Of a stretch of DNA of 64,000 nt, positions 1-9,070 are shown piece by piece; positions within the stretch are counted from its first letter, which is position 1; every line of letters starts with the position of its first letter. Below the pieces are notes generated by a model. The model saw nothing but the letters and a program-made list of their open reading frames with translations. It did no database searches and was not told the DNA's origin. A program made the position numbers and the translations under genes. The stretch is from an uncultured Chloroflexia bacterium (GTDB lineage Bacteria; Chloroflexota; Limnocylindria; Limnocylindrales; CSP1-4), in assembly GCA_963752475.1 (NCBI GenBank), contig CAVVYR010000008.1, positions 448,001 to 512,000 of the forward strand. Direction: 5' to 3'.

Positions 1-267
1 ACGAAGCGCCAGGCGCTCGAACGGCTCATCGATGAGCGACGGCCCGACCTGGTCGTGATGCTCGGTGACGACCGCAATGATGTGGCTGCCTTCGGGGCGA
101 TCCATGATGCGCGCGCGTCCGATGGCGTGGACGGGCTCGCGGCAGGCGTCCTCAGCCGGGCCTCCGACCCTGCGCAGCTGGCGCAGGCCTCTGACGTGGT
201 CTTCGCCGGCGCACACGTGAGCGCTCGCTTCCTGACCCTGCTGGCGCGCGAGCGCAGCCGCCGCTGA
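1..267 (+). CDS. otsB: Trehalose-6-phosphate phosphatase / HAD-IIB hydrolase, 3' part (truncated by window start)
   Basis: Frame 1 reads TKRQALERLIDERRPDLVVMLGDDRNDVAAF: HAD motif III Lys and motif IV GDDxxD, with an OtsB-like C-terminus. Confidence 0.65.
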   Translation, partial: TKRQALERLIDERRPDLVVMLGDDRNDVAAFGAIHDARASDGVDGLAAGVLSRASDPAQLAQASDVVFAGAHVSARFLTLLARERSRR

Positions 268-404
268 GGATCCCGCTTGCCGGGTTCCCGTGACCGCACC
301 GTCGAGCTCAGCGCATCCGTTCGAGCGATGAGCCCGATCGCTCCGCCCGGCGCAAGGCTCTGCGCAAGGTGCGAGCCGCGACGAGCCCGTCGAGGGCTAG
401 GCGC

Positions 405-1934
405 CTAGAACTCGATCAGTGCCACGAGGCCCTGGGCAGCAGCCTCGGTCCACTCCAGGATGGCGGCGGTGACCGGCGGCACGAGGCCGATGACGATGAC
501 CGCCACGGCGGCCACGATGAGCCCGGCTCGCGTGACCGTGCCGATGCTGACCTCCGGCGCGTCCTCGGCCGGCTTGCGCATGTACATGTAGACCACCACG
601 CGCAGGTAGTAGAACGCGGCCATGGCGGCGTTGAGCATCATCAACACCGCCAGCAGGGTCACGGGGCCGCCGACCTCAAGGGCCGAGAGCACGACCGTCA
701 TCTTGGCGAAGAAGCCGGCCAGCGGCGGGATGCCCACCAGCGACAGCAGGAAGACCGTCATCAGCAGCGCCAGCACCGGCGCGCGGTAGCCCAGGCCGGT
801 GAAGGTGGCGATCTGGCTGGTGATGCCCGGCCGTCGCTGCAGCGCGGCCACGACGGCGAAGGCGCCGAGGTTCATGAAGGCGTAGGCGATCGCGTAGAAG
901 AGCACGCCCTGCACGCCGGACGCGGCGACCGCCGGGTCCTCGGCGGTGGCGAAGACCACCAGGCCGACCATCATGTAGCCGGTATGGGCGATCGACGAGT
1001 AGGCCAGCATGCGCTTGATGTTGTCCTGGCCCAGTGCGGCCAGGTTGCCCACGGTCATGGTCAGCGCCGCGAGCACGCCCACGACCAGCGCCCACTCACC
1101 GCGCAGCGGCCCGAGGGCTTCCACGAAGATGCGCAGGATCAATGCGAAGGCGGCGATCTTGGGACCCACCGAGAGGTAGCCCGTGACCGGCGTCGGTGAG
1201 CCCTGGTAGGCGTCGGGTGTCCAGTAGTGGAAGGGCACCGCGGCGATCTTGAAGAGCACGCCCACCGCCAGCATCGCCAGGCCCATGGCCAGCGCCAGCG
1301 GTAGCGCCTGGTCGCCGCTCAGCACGCCCTCGAGCTCGGTGGCGATGCCAGCCAGCTGCGTATTGCCGGTGAAGCCCAGCACGAAGGCCAGGCCGAACAG
1401 CAGGATCGCGCTGGAGAACGAGCCCAGCAGGAAGTACTTGATCGCGCCCTCGGTCGAGAGCCCGTCGCGCTTGGCGAAGCCTGCCAGCAGATAGCCTGGC
1501 AGCACCAGCAACTCCAGGCCGATGAAGAGGATCAGCAGGTCCTGACCGCCGGCGATGAGCATGCCGCCCGAGACGGCGAACAGCAGCGTGGCCGTGAACT
1601 CGGGCAGGGGCAGCTTGCGCGGCGTCAGGTAGTCAGGTGCGAAGAGCAGCGTGAGGATGGCGATCGAGATGAGCACCAGGTCAAGCAGCGCCGTCAGCAT
1701 GTCGCGGGTGTAGAGCGCGGGATCGCCGAAGGACGCGGCCTCGGCGAGGGCGCCGATATCCCAGGGCATGGGCCCGATGAGCAACGTCGCGACCAGGGCC
1801 ACCACGAGTCCGCCCAGGCCGAGGCCGAGGATGACGTCGTCGCGCCTGGGCAGGAATAGGTCGACGAGGATGACGAGCAGGGCCAGGGCTACCACCAGCG
1901 CGAAGGGGAGCAGGGTCAGCATCTCGTCACTCAT
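405..1934 (-). CDS. nuoN: NADH-quinone oxidoreductase subunit N
   Basis: Motifs EGAIKYFLLGS, FKIAAVPFHYWTPDAYQGSPTP, KRMLAYSSIAH; last gene of the nuo operon. Confidence 0.97.
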   Translation of the reverse strand: MSDEMLTLLPFALVVALALLVILVDLFLPRRDDVILGLGLGGLVVALVATLLIGPMPWDIGALAEAASFGDPALYTRDMLTALLDLVLISIAILTLLFAPDYLTPRKLPLPEFTATLLFAVSGGMLIAGGQDLLILFIGLELLVLPGYLLAGFAKRDGLSTEGAIKYFLLGSFSSAILLFGLAFVLGFTGNTQLAGIATELEGVLSGDQALPLALAMGLAMLAVGVLFKIAAVPFHYWTPDAYQGSPTPVTGYLSVGPKIAAFALILRIFVEALGPLRGEWALVVGVLAALTMTVGNLAALGQDNIKRMLAYSSIAHTGYMMVGLVVFATAEDPAVAASGVQGVLFYAIAYAFMNLGAFAVVAALQRRPGITSQIATFTGLGYRAPVLALLMTVFLLSLVGIPPLAGFFAKMTVVLSALEVGGPVTLLAVLMMLNAAMAAFYYLRVVVYMYMRKPAEDAPEVSIGTVTRAGLIVAAVAVIVIGLVPPVTAAILEWTEAAAQGLVALIEF

Positions 1935-3484
1935 CGCAGCAGCCTCGCGGTCGCCTCGGAGACCTCGTCAGCCGCGCTCTCGACGATGGCCAGCACGTCC
2001 TCGACCGGTGCCTGCGTCAGGTCCAGCACCAGCGCCGGGAAGAGGCCCAGCGCCACCGCCAGCAGCACCAGTGGCGCCAGCGTGGCAGCTTCGATGCGGT
2101 CGACGTCGGTGAGCTTGTCACCGAGTGACTTCAGGAAGTCGGTGACGTCGCCCATGATGATGTTCTGGACCATGTACAGCAGATAGACGGCCGCGAAGAT
2201 GATGGTGAAGGCGGCCACGTAGCCGACCCACGGCTCCCAGGTGACGGCGCCGAGGATGACCAGGAACTCGCCCACGAAGCCGGCCAGGCCGGGCAGTCCG
2301 GCTGAGGCCAGGCTGAAGAAGACCATCAGGGTCGCGAACACCGGGACCCGCTGCCCCAGGCCGCCCATCTTGGCGATGGTGCGGTCGTGGGTGCGCTCGT
2401 AGATCACACCCACGAGCAGGAAGAGGGCGCCGGTGATCACACCATGGCCGACCATCTGGAAGATGGCGCCCTGCACGCCCTGCTCGTTGAGCACGAAGAT
2501 GCCCAGGGTCACGAAGCCCATGTGGCTGACCGAGGAGTAGGCGATGAGGCGCTTGAGGTCCGTCTGACGGATGGCCACGATGGCGCCGTAGAGCATGCCC
2601 ACGATCGAGAGCGCGATGATGAAGGGCGCCAGGTCCTGCGTGGCGTCGGGGAAGAGCGGCAGGTTCATGCGGATGAGCCCGTAGCCACCGAGCTTCAGCA
2701 GCACGCCGGCGAGGATGACCGAACCCGCGGTTGGGGCCTCGGTGTGAGCATCGGGCAGCCACGTGTGGACCGGCCACATCGGTACCTTGATGGCGAAGGC
2801 CAGGAAGAAGCCCAGGAAGGCCCAGAACTGGAGCGTGGGATCGAAGCCGGCCTCCACCAGCGTCACGTAGTCGAAGGCACCGGTCCAATCACCGCCGTTC
2901 TGGCCCTGATAGGTGAAGGCCAGCGCGAGGATGGCCACCAGCATCAGCAGCGAGCCGACGAGCGTGTAGATGACGAACTTGATGGTGGCGTAGATGCGGT
3001 TGGCGCCGCCCCAGATGCCGATGATCAGATACATCGGCACGAGCACCACTTCCCAGAAGACGTAGAAGAGGAAGGTGTCGAGCGCGAGGAAGACGCCGAG
3101 CATGCCCACCTCGAGCACGAGGAAGGAGATCATGTACTCCTTCACCCGCGTCTTGATGGGTCCGAACGAGGCCAGGATGCTGATCGAGGTCAGCAGCGTC
3201 GTGAGCAGGATGAGCACCAGGCTGATGCCGTCCACACCGACCTTGTACTGGATGCCGAAGAAGCCGATCCAGTCGACCGCCTGCACCAGCTGGAAGCCTT
3301 CGCGCTCGTTGTCGAAGCTCACCGCCACGAGCAGCGAAAGGGCGAGGGCCACGAGCGAGATAGCGAGAGCACCCCAGCGATGGAGATCCACGCGCTTGTT
3401 GGGCACGAAGAGCAGGATCAGGGCGCCCACCAGCGGCGTGAAGATCAGCAGGGTGAGCCAGTCGAGGCGGTCGAGGAACTCCAT
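1931..3484 (-). CDS. nuoM: NADH-quinone oxidoreductase subunit M
   Basis: Motifs FYVFWE, AIKVPMWPVHTWLPDAHTEAPT, DLKRLIAYSSVSHMG. Confidence 0.97.
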   Translation of the reverse strand: MEFLDRLDWLTLLIFTPLVGALILLFVPNKRVDLHRWGALAISLVALALSLLVAVSFDNEREGFQLVQAVDWIGFFGIQYKVGVDGISLVLILLTTLLTSISILASFGPIKTRVKEYMISFLVLEVGMLGVFLALDTFLFYVFWEVVLVPMYLIIGIWGGANRIYATIKFVIYTLVGSLLMLVAILALAFTYQGQNGGDWTGAFDYVTLVEAGFDPTLQFWAFLGFFLAFAIKVPMWPVHTWLPDAHTEAPTAGSVILAGVLLKLGGYGLIRMNLPLFPDATQDLAPFIIALSIVGMLYGAIVAIRQTDLKRLIAYSSVSHMGFVTLGIFVLNEQGVQGAIFQMVGHGVITGALFLLVGVIYERTHDRTIAKMGGLGQRVPVFATLMVFFSLASAGLPGLAGFVGEFLVILGAVTWEPWVGYVAAFTIIFAAVYLLYMVQNIIMGDVTDFLKSLGDKLTDVDRIEAATLAPLVLLAVALGLFPALVLDLTQAPVEDVLAIVESAADEVSEATARLLR

Positions 3485-5541
3485 CAGCGGGCCATCAGGA
3501 TGAAGAGCGTCGCGATGACGACGAGGCCGATGGCGATGCCAAGGGCGTAGTTCTGTACTCGGCCGGTCTGGATCTGCCGTACGTCGTCACCGATACGCTG
3601 GGTGACCGCGCCAACGCCGTTGACCACGCCGTCGATGACCTTCACGTCGAACCACATGACGCCGTTGGCCACGCGTCCACCGATGACGTAGAAGAGGAGG
3701 TGGTTGAGCTCGTCGAAGTACCACTTGTTGAGCGAGCCGGTGTAGAGGAAGCGGCTGACCCGGTTGCGCTCAGCCAGGCTCTCAACGGTCTCGAGGCGGG
3801 CGCGTGTGTTGAAGACGCCGAAGAGCCAGATGGCCGCGCCGATGCCAAGGGCGGCCATGGCCACCGAGATGATCAGCAGCGCGCCGTTCAGGCCGAAGAA
3901 CTCGTACTCCGGGAAGGAGATGCCGAGGATGGCCTCACCGGGGTGGAACACCGGTTCGAGCCACTTCTTGATGGGCGAGGTGCCAAGGAGCGGTCCACCC
4001 GGGTCGAAGGCGACCTTGCCGGCGTCGTTGACGAAGAGCCCGGTGCCGATGATGAGGCCGAGGAAGGTCGTAGGGATGGCCAGCAGCACGAGCGGCCCGA
4101 CCATCGAGGGCGGTGACTCGTGGACCTTGGGCTCGATCTCCGGATCGACCCGACTCTTGCCGTAGAAGGTCAGGCCCATGAGTCGGAACATATAGAAGCC
4201 GGTGAGGGCGGCCACGATGATGCCCACGATGAACACCGGCCACCAGCCAAGGACGAAGGCTTCGTCGAGGATGAGGTCCTTCGAGAAGAAGCCCGCGAAG
4301 AGCGGGATACCGGCGAGCGACAGGGAGCCGAGGAGGAACGTCGCGTGCGTCCACGGGATCCTGCGCCAGAGTCCGCCCATCTTGGTCATGTCCTGCTCTT
4401 CGTGCATCGCGTGGATGACCGAGCCGGAGCCGAGGAAGAGCAGGCCCTTGGTGAAGCCGTGGGCCATGAGGTGGAAGATCGCCGCCAGCCAGGCACCCAC
4501 GCCCAGGGCCATGAACATGTAGCCCAGCTGGCTGAGGGTGGAGTAGGCCAGAACGCGCTTGATGTCCTTCTGGGTCAGCGCGATGGTCGCGGCCAGGACC
4601 GCGGTGAAGGTGCCCAGGAGAGCCACCAGCAGCAGGGCCTCGGGCGCTGAGGCGAAGATGGGCGTGGTGCGGGCGATGAAGTAGACGCCGGCGTTGACCA
4701 TGGTGGCCGCATGGATGAGCGCGGAGACCGGCGTGGGGCCCTCCATCGCATCGGGCAGCCAGACATGGAAGGGGAACTGAGCGCTCTTGCCGGCCGCGCC
4801 GACGAAGAGGAGCACGGCCACGGTGTTGCGAACGAGCGGGTCGGCCGACGCGGTATTCCACGCCCCGAAGGACTCGAAGATGTCCATCGTGCCGGTGATG
4901 AGGAAGACGCCGATGATGCCGACGAGGAAGCCGTGGTCGGCGACGCGGTTGACAAGGAACGCCTTCTTCGAAGCCAGCGCCGGTGCGCGCTTCGTGTACC
5001 AGAAGCCGATCAGCAGGTAGGACGAGAGGCCCACCAGCTCCCACGCGCCGAAGACGACCAGGTAGCTGCTCGCGAGCACCAGCAGGAGCATCGAGAACAT
5101 GAACAGGTTGAGGTAGGCGAAGAAGCGCCACTTCGACGGGTCGTGCTCCATGTAGCCGATGCTGTAGATGTGCACCAGTGCGCCGATCCAGGTGACCACG
5201 ATGAGCATCAGCGCCGAGAGGTTGTCGAGCACGAACCCGAACTCGACCTGCAGATCGCCCACGCCGACCCAGGTGTAGAACATGTGCGCGATGCCGTGCT
5301 CGCCGTAGGCACCGGAGAGTTGCTGGAAGGCGAGGTACGTGGCCACCAGCGTCGCAGCCACGATGGCGCCCACCGAGATGACCCACGGCCGCGAGAGGCG
5401 CCGGCCGACGAGACCCGTGAGCAGGAAGCCGGCCAGCGGCAGGCCCAGCACGAGCAGGATGAGGAACGTCTCGAGCTCGCCTGCGGGCCCGGGCGGGATG
5501 AAGAGCTCGCCGCCCTCCTCCGCGTTGAAGATCAGGTCCAT
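3484..5541 (-). CDS. nuoL: NADH-quinone oxidoreductase subunit L
   Basis: Motifs GKSAQFPFHVWLPDAMEGPTPVSALIHAATMV, DIKRVLAYSTLSQLG, C-terminal QTGRVQNY. Confidence 0.97.
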   Translation of the reverse strand: MDLIFNAEEGGELFIPPGPAGELETFLILLVLGLPLAGFLLTGLVGRRLSRPWVISVGAIVAATLVATYLAFQQLSGAYGEHGIAHMFYTWVGVGDLQVEFGFVLDNLSALMLIVVTWIGALVHIYSIGYMEHDPSKWRFFAYLNLFMFSMLLLVLASSYLVVFGAWELVGLSSYLLIGFWYTKRAPALASKKAFLVNRVADHGFLVGIIGVFLITGTMDIFESFGAWNTASADPLVRNTVAVLLFVGAAGKSAQFPFHVWLPDAMEGPTPVSALIHAATMVNAGVYFIARTTPIFASAPEALLLVALLGTFTAVLAATIALTQKDIKRVLAYSTLSQLGYMFMALGVGAWLAAIFHLMAHGFTKGLLFLGSGSVIHAMHEEQDMTKMGGLWRRIPWTHATFLLGSLSLAGIPLFAGFFSKDLILDEAFVLGWWPVFIVGIIVAALTGFYMFRLMGLTFYGKSRVDPEIEPKVHESPPSMVGPLVLLAIPTTFLGLIIGTGLFVNDAGKVAFDPGGPLLGTSPIKKWLEPVFHPGEAILGISFPEYEFFGLNGALLIISVAMAALGIGAAIWLFGVFNTRARLETVESLAERNRVSRFLYTGSLNKWYFDELNHLLFYVIGGRVANGVMWFDVKVIDGVVNGVGAVTQRIGDDVRQIQTGRVQNYALGIAIGLVVIATLFILMAR

Positions 5542-5547
5542 CCCCGC

Positions 5548-5859
5548 CTACTCCTTCATCGACGCGTACTCGTCGACGAGCGGCGTCCTGCGGTTGCGGT
5601 AGATGGCGATGACGATGGCCAGGCCCACGGTGGCCTCGCCGGCGGCGACGGCGATGACGAACAGCGCGATGCTCGAGGCGTGGGCCGCGAAGTCGGGCGT
5701 GAAGGCGCCGAAGGCGATGATGGCCAGGTTGACCGAGTTGAGCATGATCTCGATGGACATGAGCATGGCGATGGCGTTGCGCTTGGCCAGGAAGCCGAAG
5801 GCGCCGATGCCGAAGAGCATGACCGCCAGGATGAGGTAGGCCTCGAGCGACTGGCTCAT
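5548..5859 (-). CDS. nuoK: NADH-quinone oxidoreductase subunit K
   Basis: 103 aa with three TM segments; MSIEIMLN and AAGEATVGLA motifs. Confidence 0.97.
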   Translation of the reverse strand: MSQSLEAYLILAVMLFGIGAFGFLAKRNAIAMLMSIEIMLNSVNLAIIAFGAFTPDFAAHASSIALFVIAVAAGEATVGLAIVIAIYRNRRTPLVDEYASMKE

Positions 5860-6437
5860 GCGCTCTCATCCTCATCGGGCACGGGCCTGCCGGGCTGGTT
5901 GGTCTGCGGCATGTCGTCGTCGCGCTTGGCCACGTAGAGCCCGCCGATCACGCCCGCGAGCAGGAGCACGCCCAGTGCCAGGAAGGCGAACATGTACTCC
6001 TCGTAGACCGTCAGCGCGATCTCGCGCGCCTCGGCCACCTGCACCGTGCTGGTCGCGTCCCACTCGGTGAGCATCACCGACGTGATCATCAGGAAGACGA
6101 GCACGATGGCGGCGAGGGCGCCGGCCCACCATTGGCGGTTGAAGACGAGCTTGGCCGGCCCGCGCTTGGAGTGCGTGATCATCACCGCGAAGAGGATGAG
6201 CACGGCCACGGCCCCGACATACGTGAGTACCTGGCTGATGGCCAGGAAGGCGCTGCCGAGCATGCCGTAGATGCCTGCGAGGGCGGCGAAGGACAGGATG
6301 AGCCAGAGCGCCGACCGGATGATGTCCCGGCCGAGCACGACGAGCAGCGCGGAGCCCAGTGTCACGCCGGCGAGCAGCAGGAAGACGAAGTCATCCCAGC
6401 GCCAGTCGAGATACGGGACCGTCCCCGGTAGCTCCAC
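5856..6437 (-). CDS. nuoJ: NADH-quinone oxidoreductase subunit J
   Basis: QVLTYVGAVAVLILFAVM motif; position in the operon. Confidence 0.95.
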   Translation of the reverse strand: MELPGTVPYLDWRWDDFVFLLLAGVTLGSALLVVLGRDIIRSALWLILSFAALAGIYGMLGSAFLAISQVLTYVGAVAVLILFAVMITHSKRGPAKLVFNRQWWAGALAAIVLVFLMITSVMLTEWDATSTVQVAEAREIALTVYEEYMFAFLALGVLLLAGVIGGLYVAKRDDDMPQTNQPGRPVPDEDESA

Positions 6438-6460
6438 TCCCTCTCCGAACCCCCTGTCGA

Positions 6461-9070
6461 CTACTTGTGGTGGATGGCGCTGCCACCGCCGGCACCGCCG
6501 GAGGCGTCCCTGGCGCCGTTGGTAGATCCATTCGTCCCGTTCACGCCGTCCCCGGCGAGGCCTTGCGGCAGCATGGGCAGCAGCCGCTCGTGCGGGATGT
6601 CGCGGCCGTCGGCCTGGGCTCGGCTGAGCCAGTCACGCTCGCGTCGGATGTAGCTGATCTCCGAGTCGAACTCCATCGCGGCCATGGCGATGAGGTCGAT
6701 CATCGGTTCTTCTCGCGACTCGTGCGCGAGCTCGAAGTCGGGACCGCAGCGGAGCGCGTCGTAAGGACATGCATCGACACAGATGCCGCACAGGATGCAG
6801 CGGGACTCATCCACCTCGTACTTCTCCAGCACGCGCGGCTTGGGCATGAGCGCGCCCGTCGGGCACGTCTCGGCGCAGCGGCCGCAGGAGACGCATGGCG
6901 TGGTGTTGAGGCTCATGTCCAGCGGCGTCGTCACGAGCGTGTCGAAGCCGGTGCGCATGAAGTCGTAGCAGGCTGCTCCCACGACCTCGCGGCAGACGTT
7001 GGCGCAACGGCCGCAGTCGATGCAGCGCGAGGGCTCGCGCAGGATGAAGGCGTGGCTGTCGTCGCGGATGTAGTCGTGGTTGAGGCCGGTGAAGCGGTTC
7101 TCGCTGACGCTGCGGAAGGAGAGGCCGGTGCGCTTGGGCTCGAGGGTCTGCAGGGTGGTGCCGTACTCGATGCCCTGGCGGCGCAGGTCACAGTACCCGA
7201 TGGCCTCGCAGGTGCACTGCAGGCAGCGGGCCGACTCGGACATGGCCTCTTCCGCCGTGTAGGGGATCTCGTACTCGATGTAGGAGTCGTTGCGCTCCTC
7301 GGGCGCCATCGACTTCAGCCGGATGCGCGGCTCCTTGACCTCGCCGGTGTAGGGCACGATCGACAGGAACTCCGGCTGCGGCTCGGCCAGGACCTGGCGC
7401 GTGCGGATCTCCTCGAGGTCCTGGCCCTGCAGGTAGGCGTCGATGGCGTAGCTCGCCCGGCGACCCTCAGCGATGGCCTCCACGACCGTGGCGGCGCCGG
7501 TGCGCACGTCGCCGGCACCGAAGACGCCCGCCCGCCCGGTGCCGAAGGTGACCGCGTCGGCGTCCAGCCGCCAGCGCTTGGTCTTCTCGATGCCCTCCGC
7601 GCCGGTCTCGAGCCAGTCCAGCTGGGGGCCCTGGCCGATGGCCAACAGCACGCGATCGCAGTCGATGATGAACTCGGTGCCCTCGACCGGCTGCGGGCGT
7701 CGGCGGCCAGAGGCGTCCGGCTCGCCCAGCGCCATGCGCTGGAACTCCACGCCGGTGACCTTGTCGTTCTCGTCGGTCACCACCCGGGTGGGCGAGGCTT
7801 GGAAGATCGCGCGCGCACCCTCCTCCAGCATCTCGTGGACCTCGTCCGCGGCGGGCATGTCCTTCATGTCGCGGCGGTAGACGAGGGTGGTCTCGGTGCA
7901 GCCCTGGCGGACCGAGGTGCGCGAGCAGTCCATGGAGGTGAAGCCGCCGCCGATGACCACGACGCGCTTGCCCTTGTGGTCGGGATAGGGCAGGCCCAGC
8001 GTGGCCACGCGCAGGTACTCCAGGCCGTCGATGACGCCGTCGGCGTCCTCGCCGGGGATACCCAGCTTGTTCGTGTCGTAGCAGCCGATGGCTACGAGCA
8101 CCGCGTCGTAGCCCTGGTTCTGCAGGTCGTCGATGGTGAAGTCCTCGCCCAGGGCCACGCCCGTGACGAGCTTGGCGCCGAGGTCCCACACCGCCTGGTA
8201 CTCGGCTGCCAGGATGCGCTCCTTGGGCAGGCGGTACTCGGGGATGCCGTAGCGCAGCATGCCGCCCGCATCGGGATCGCGTTCGTAGACCGTGACCTCG
8301 TGGCCGCTGAGTGAGAGGTAGTAGGCCGCGGACATGCCCGAAGGGCCGGAGCCGATGACGGCCACGCGCTTGCCGGTGGCGGGCTGCTGGTCGAAGGGCA
8401 GAGGTGCCTTGGCGCCGTCAGCCTGGGCCTTGAGCACCTGGTCGCCGGCGTAGCGGTGGCTGTCGCGGATGGCGATGGCCTCTTCCACCTCGTCGCGGCG
8501 GCAGTGGTCCTCGCATGGAGCCGGACAGACACGCCCGAGCACCGAGGGGAATGGGATCGTGCGCTTGAAGACGCGCGCCGACTCGACGAAGTCGCCCTCG
8601 GTGTTGGCCTTCAGGAAGCCCGGGATGTCGATGTGGCTGGGGCACTTGTTCTGGCACGGCGGCAGGCAGTAGGCGTTGTGGTCGCTGAAGATGAGCTCAA
8701 GGTTCGTCTTGCGGATCTCGCGCAGCCTCGGGGTCTGGGTCTGCACGACCATGCCCTCCTCGGCCTCACGCGAGCAGGAGATCGGCGGCGTGTCCTCGCC
8801 CTCGACCTCGACCACGCACATGCGGCAGGCTCCGAAGCCGGGCAGCTTGGGCTCGTAGCAGAGCGTGGGCACCTCGATGCCGGCATCGCGGCAGACGTCG
8901 AGGATGGTCTGGCCCTCGCGGGCCTGCAACGTGCGGCCGTCGATCTCGAGCTCGAAGGCAGCAGAGGATTGCCTTCGCTGCGGCGACTGGGTCGTGAGCA
9001 GGCGCTCAGCGGCCTCGTCGGGCGACGGGTCGGACGGCTGGTGGATGATCTCGGGGAGCGTGTCGGTCAT
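6461..9070 (-). CDS. Multidomain Fe-S flavoprotein: NuoG/HydA-type N-terminal [2Fe-2S] + GltD/NfnB/SfrB-like FAD/NAD(P)H domain + 2x[4Fe-4S] + C-terminal half of NuoI
   Basis: PTLCY..GACRMC..SC; PPCQNKCP and GRVCPAPCEDHC; VIGSGPSG; GGMLRYGIPEYRLP; VIGGGFTSMD..VYRR; RCIDCGRCANVC; CVSCGRCAETCP; then RCILCGICVDACPYDAL..DFELA. ATG at 9070 overlaps the upstream stop (ATGA). Confidence 0.88.
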   Translation of the reverse strand: MTDTLPEIIHQPSDPSPDEAAERLLTTQSPQRRQSSAAFELEIDGRTLQAREGQTILDVCRDAGIEVPTLCYEPKLPGFGACRMCVVEVEGEDTPPISCSREAEEGMVVQTQTPRLREIRKTNLELIFSDHNAYCLPPCQNKCPSHIDIPGFLKANTEGDFVESARVFKRTIPFPSVLGRVCPAPCEDHCRRDEVEEAIAIRDSHRYAGDQVLKAQADGAKAPLPFDQQPATGKRVAVIGSGPSGMSAAYYLSLSGHEVTVYERDPDAGGMLRYGIPEYRLPKERILAAEYQAVWDLGAKLVTGVALGEDFTIDDLQNQGYDAVLVAIGCYDTNKLGIPGEDADGVIDGLEYLRVATLGLPYPDHKGKRVVVIGGGFTSMDCSRTSVRQGCTETTLVYRRDMKDMPAADEVHEMLEEGARAIFQASPTRVVTDENDKVTGVEFQRMALGEPDASGRRRPQPVEGTEFIIDCDRVLLAIGQGPQLDWLETGAEGIEKTKRWRLDADAVTFGTGRAGVFGAGDVRTGAATVVEAIAEGRRASYAIDAYLQGQDLEEIRTRQVLAEPQPEFLSIVPYTGEVKEPRIRLKSMAPEERNDSYIEYEIPYTAEEAMSESARCLQCTCEAIGYCDLRRQGIEYGTTLQTLEPKRTGLSFRSVSENRFTGLNHDYIRDDSHAFILREPSRCIDCGRCANVCREVVGAACYDFMRTGFDTLVTTPLDMSLNTTPCVSCGRCAETCPTGALMPKPRVLEKYEVDESRCILCGICVDACPYDALRCGPDFELAHESREEPMIDLIAMAAMEFDSEISYIRRERDWLSRAQADGRDIPHERLLPMLPQGLAGDGVNGTNGSTNGARDASGGAGGGSAIHHK

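Noticed and set aside
1931-3484. '2M' complex I with a duplicated nuoM
   Set aside because: Only one nuoM lies between nuoL and nuoN
6461-9070. [FeFe]-hydrogenase or formate dehydrogenase catalytic subunit
   Set aside because: No H-cluster motifs and no molybdopterin domain; the protein ends in a NuoI-like half
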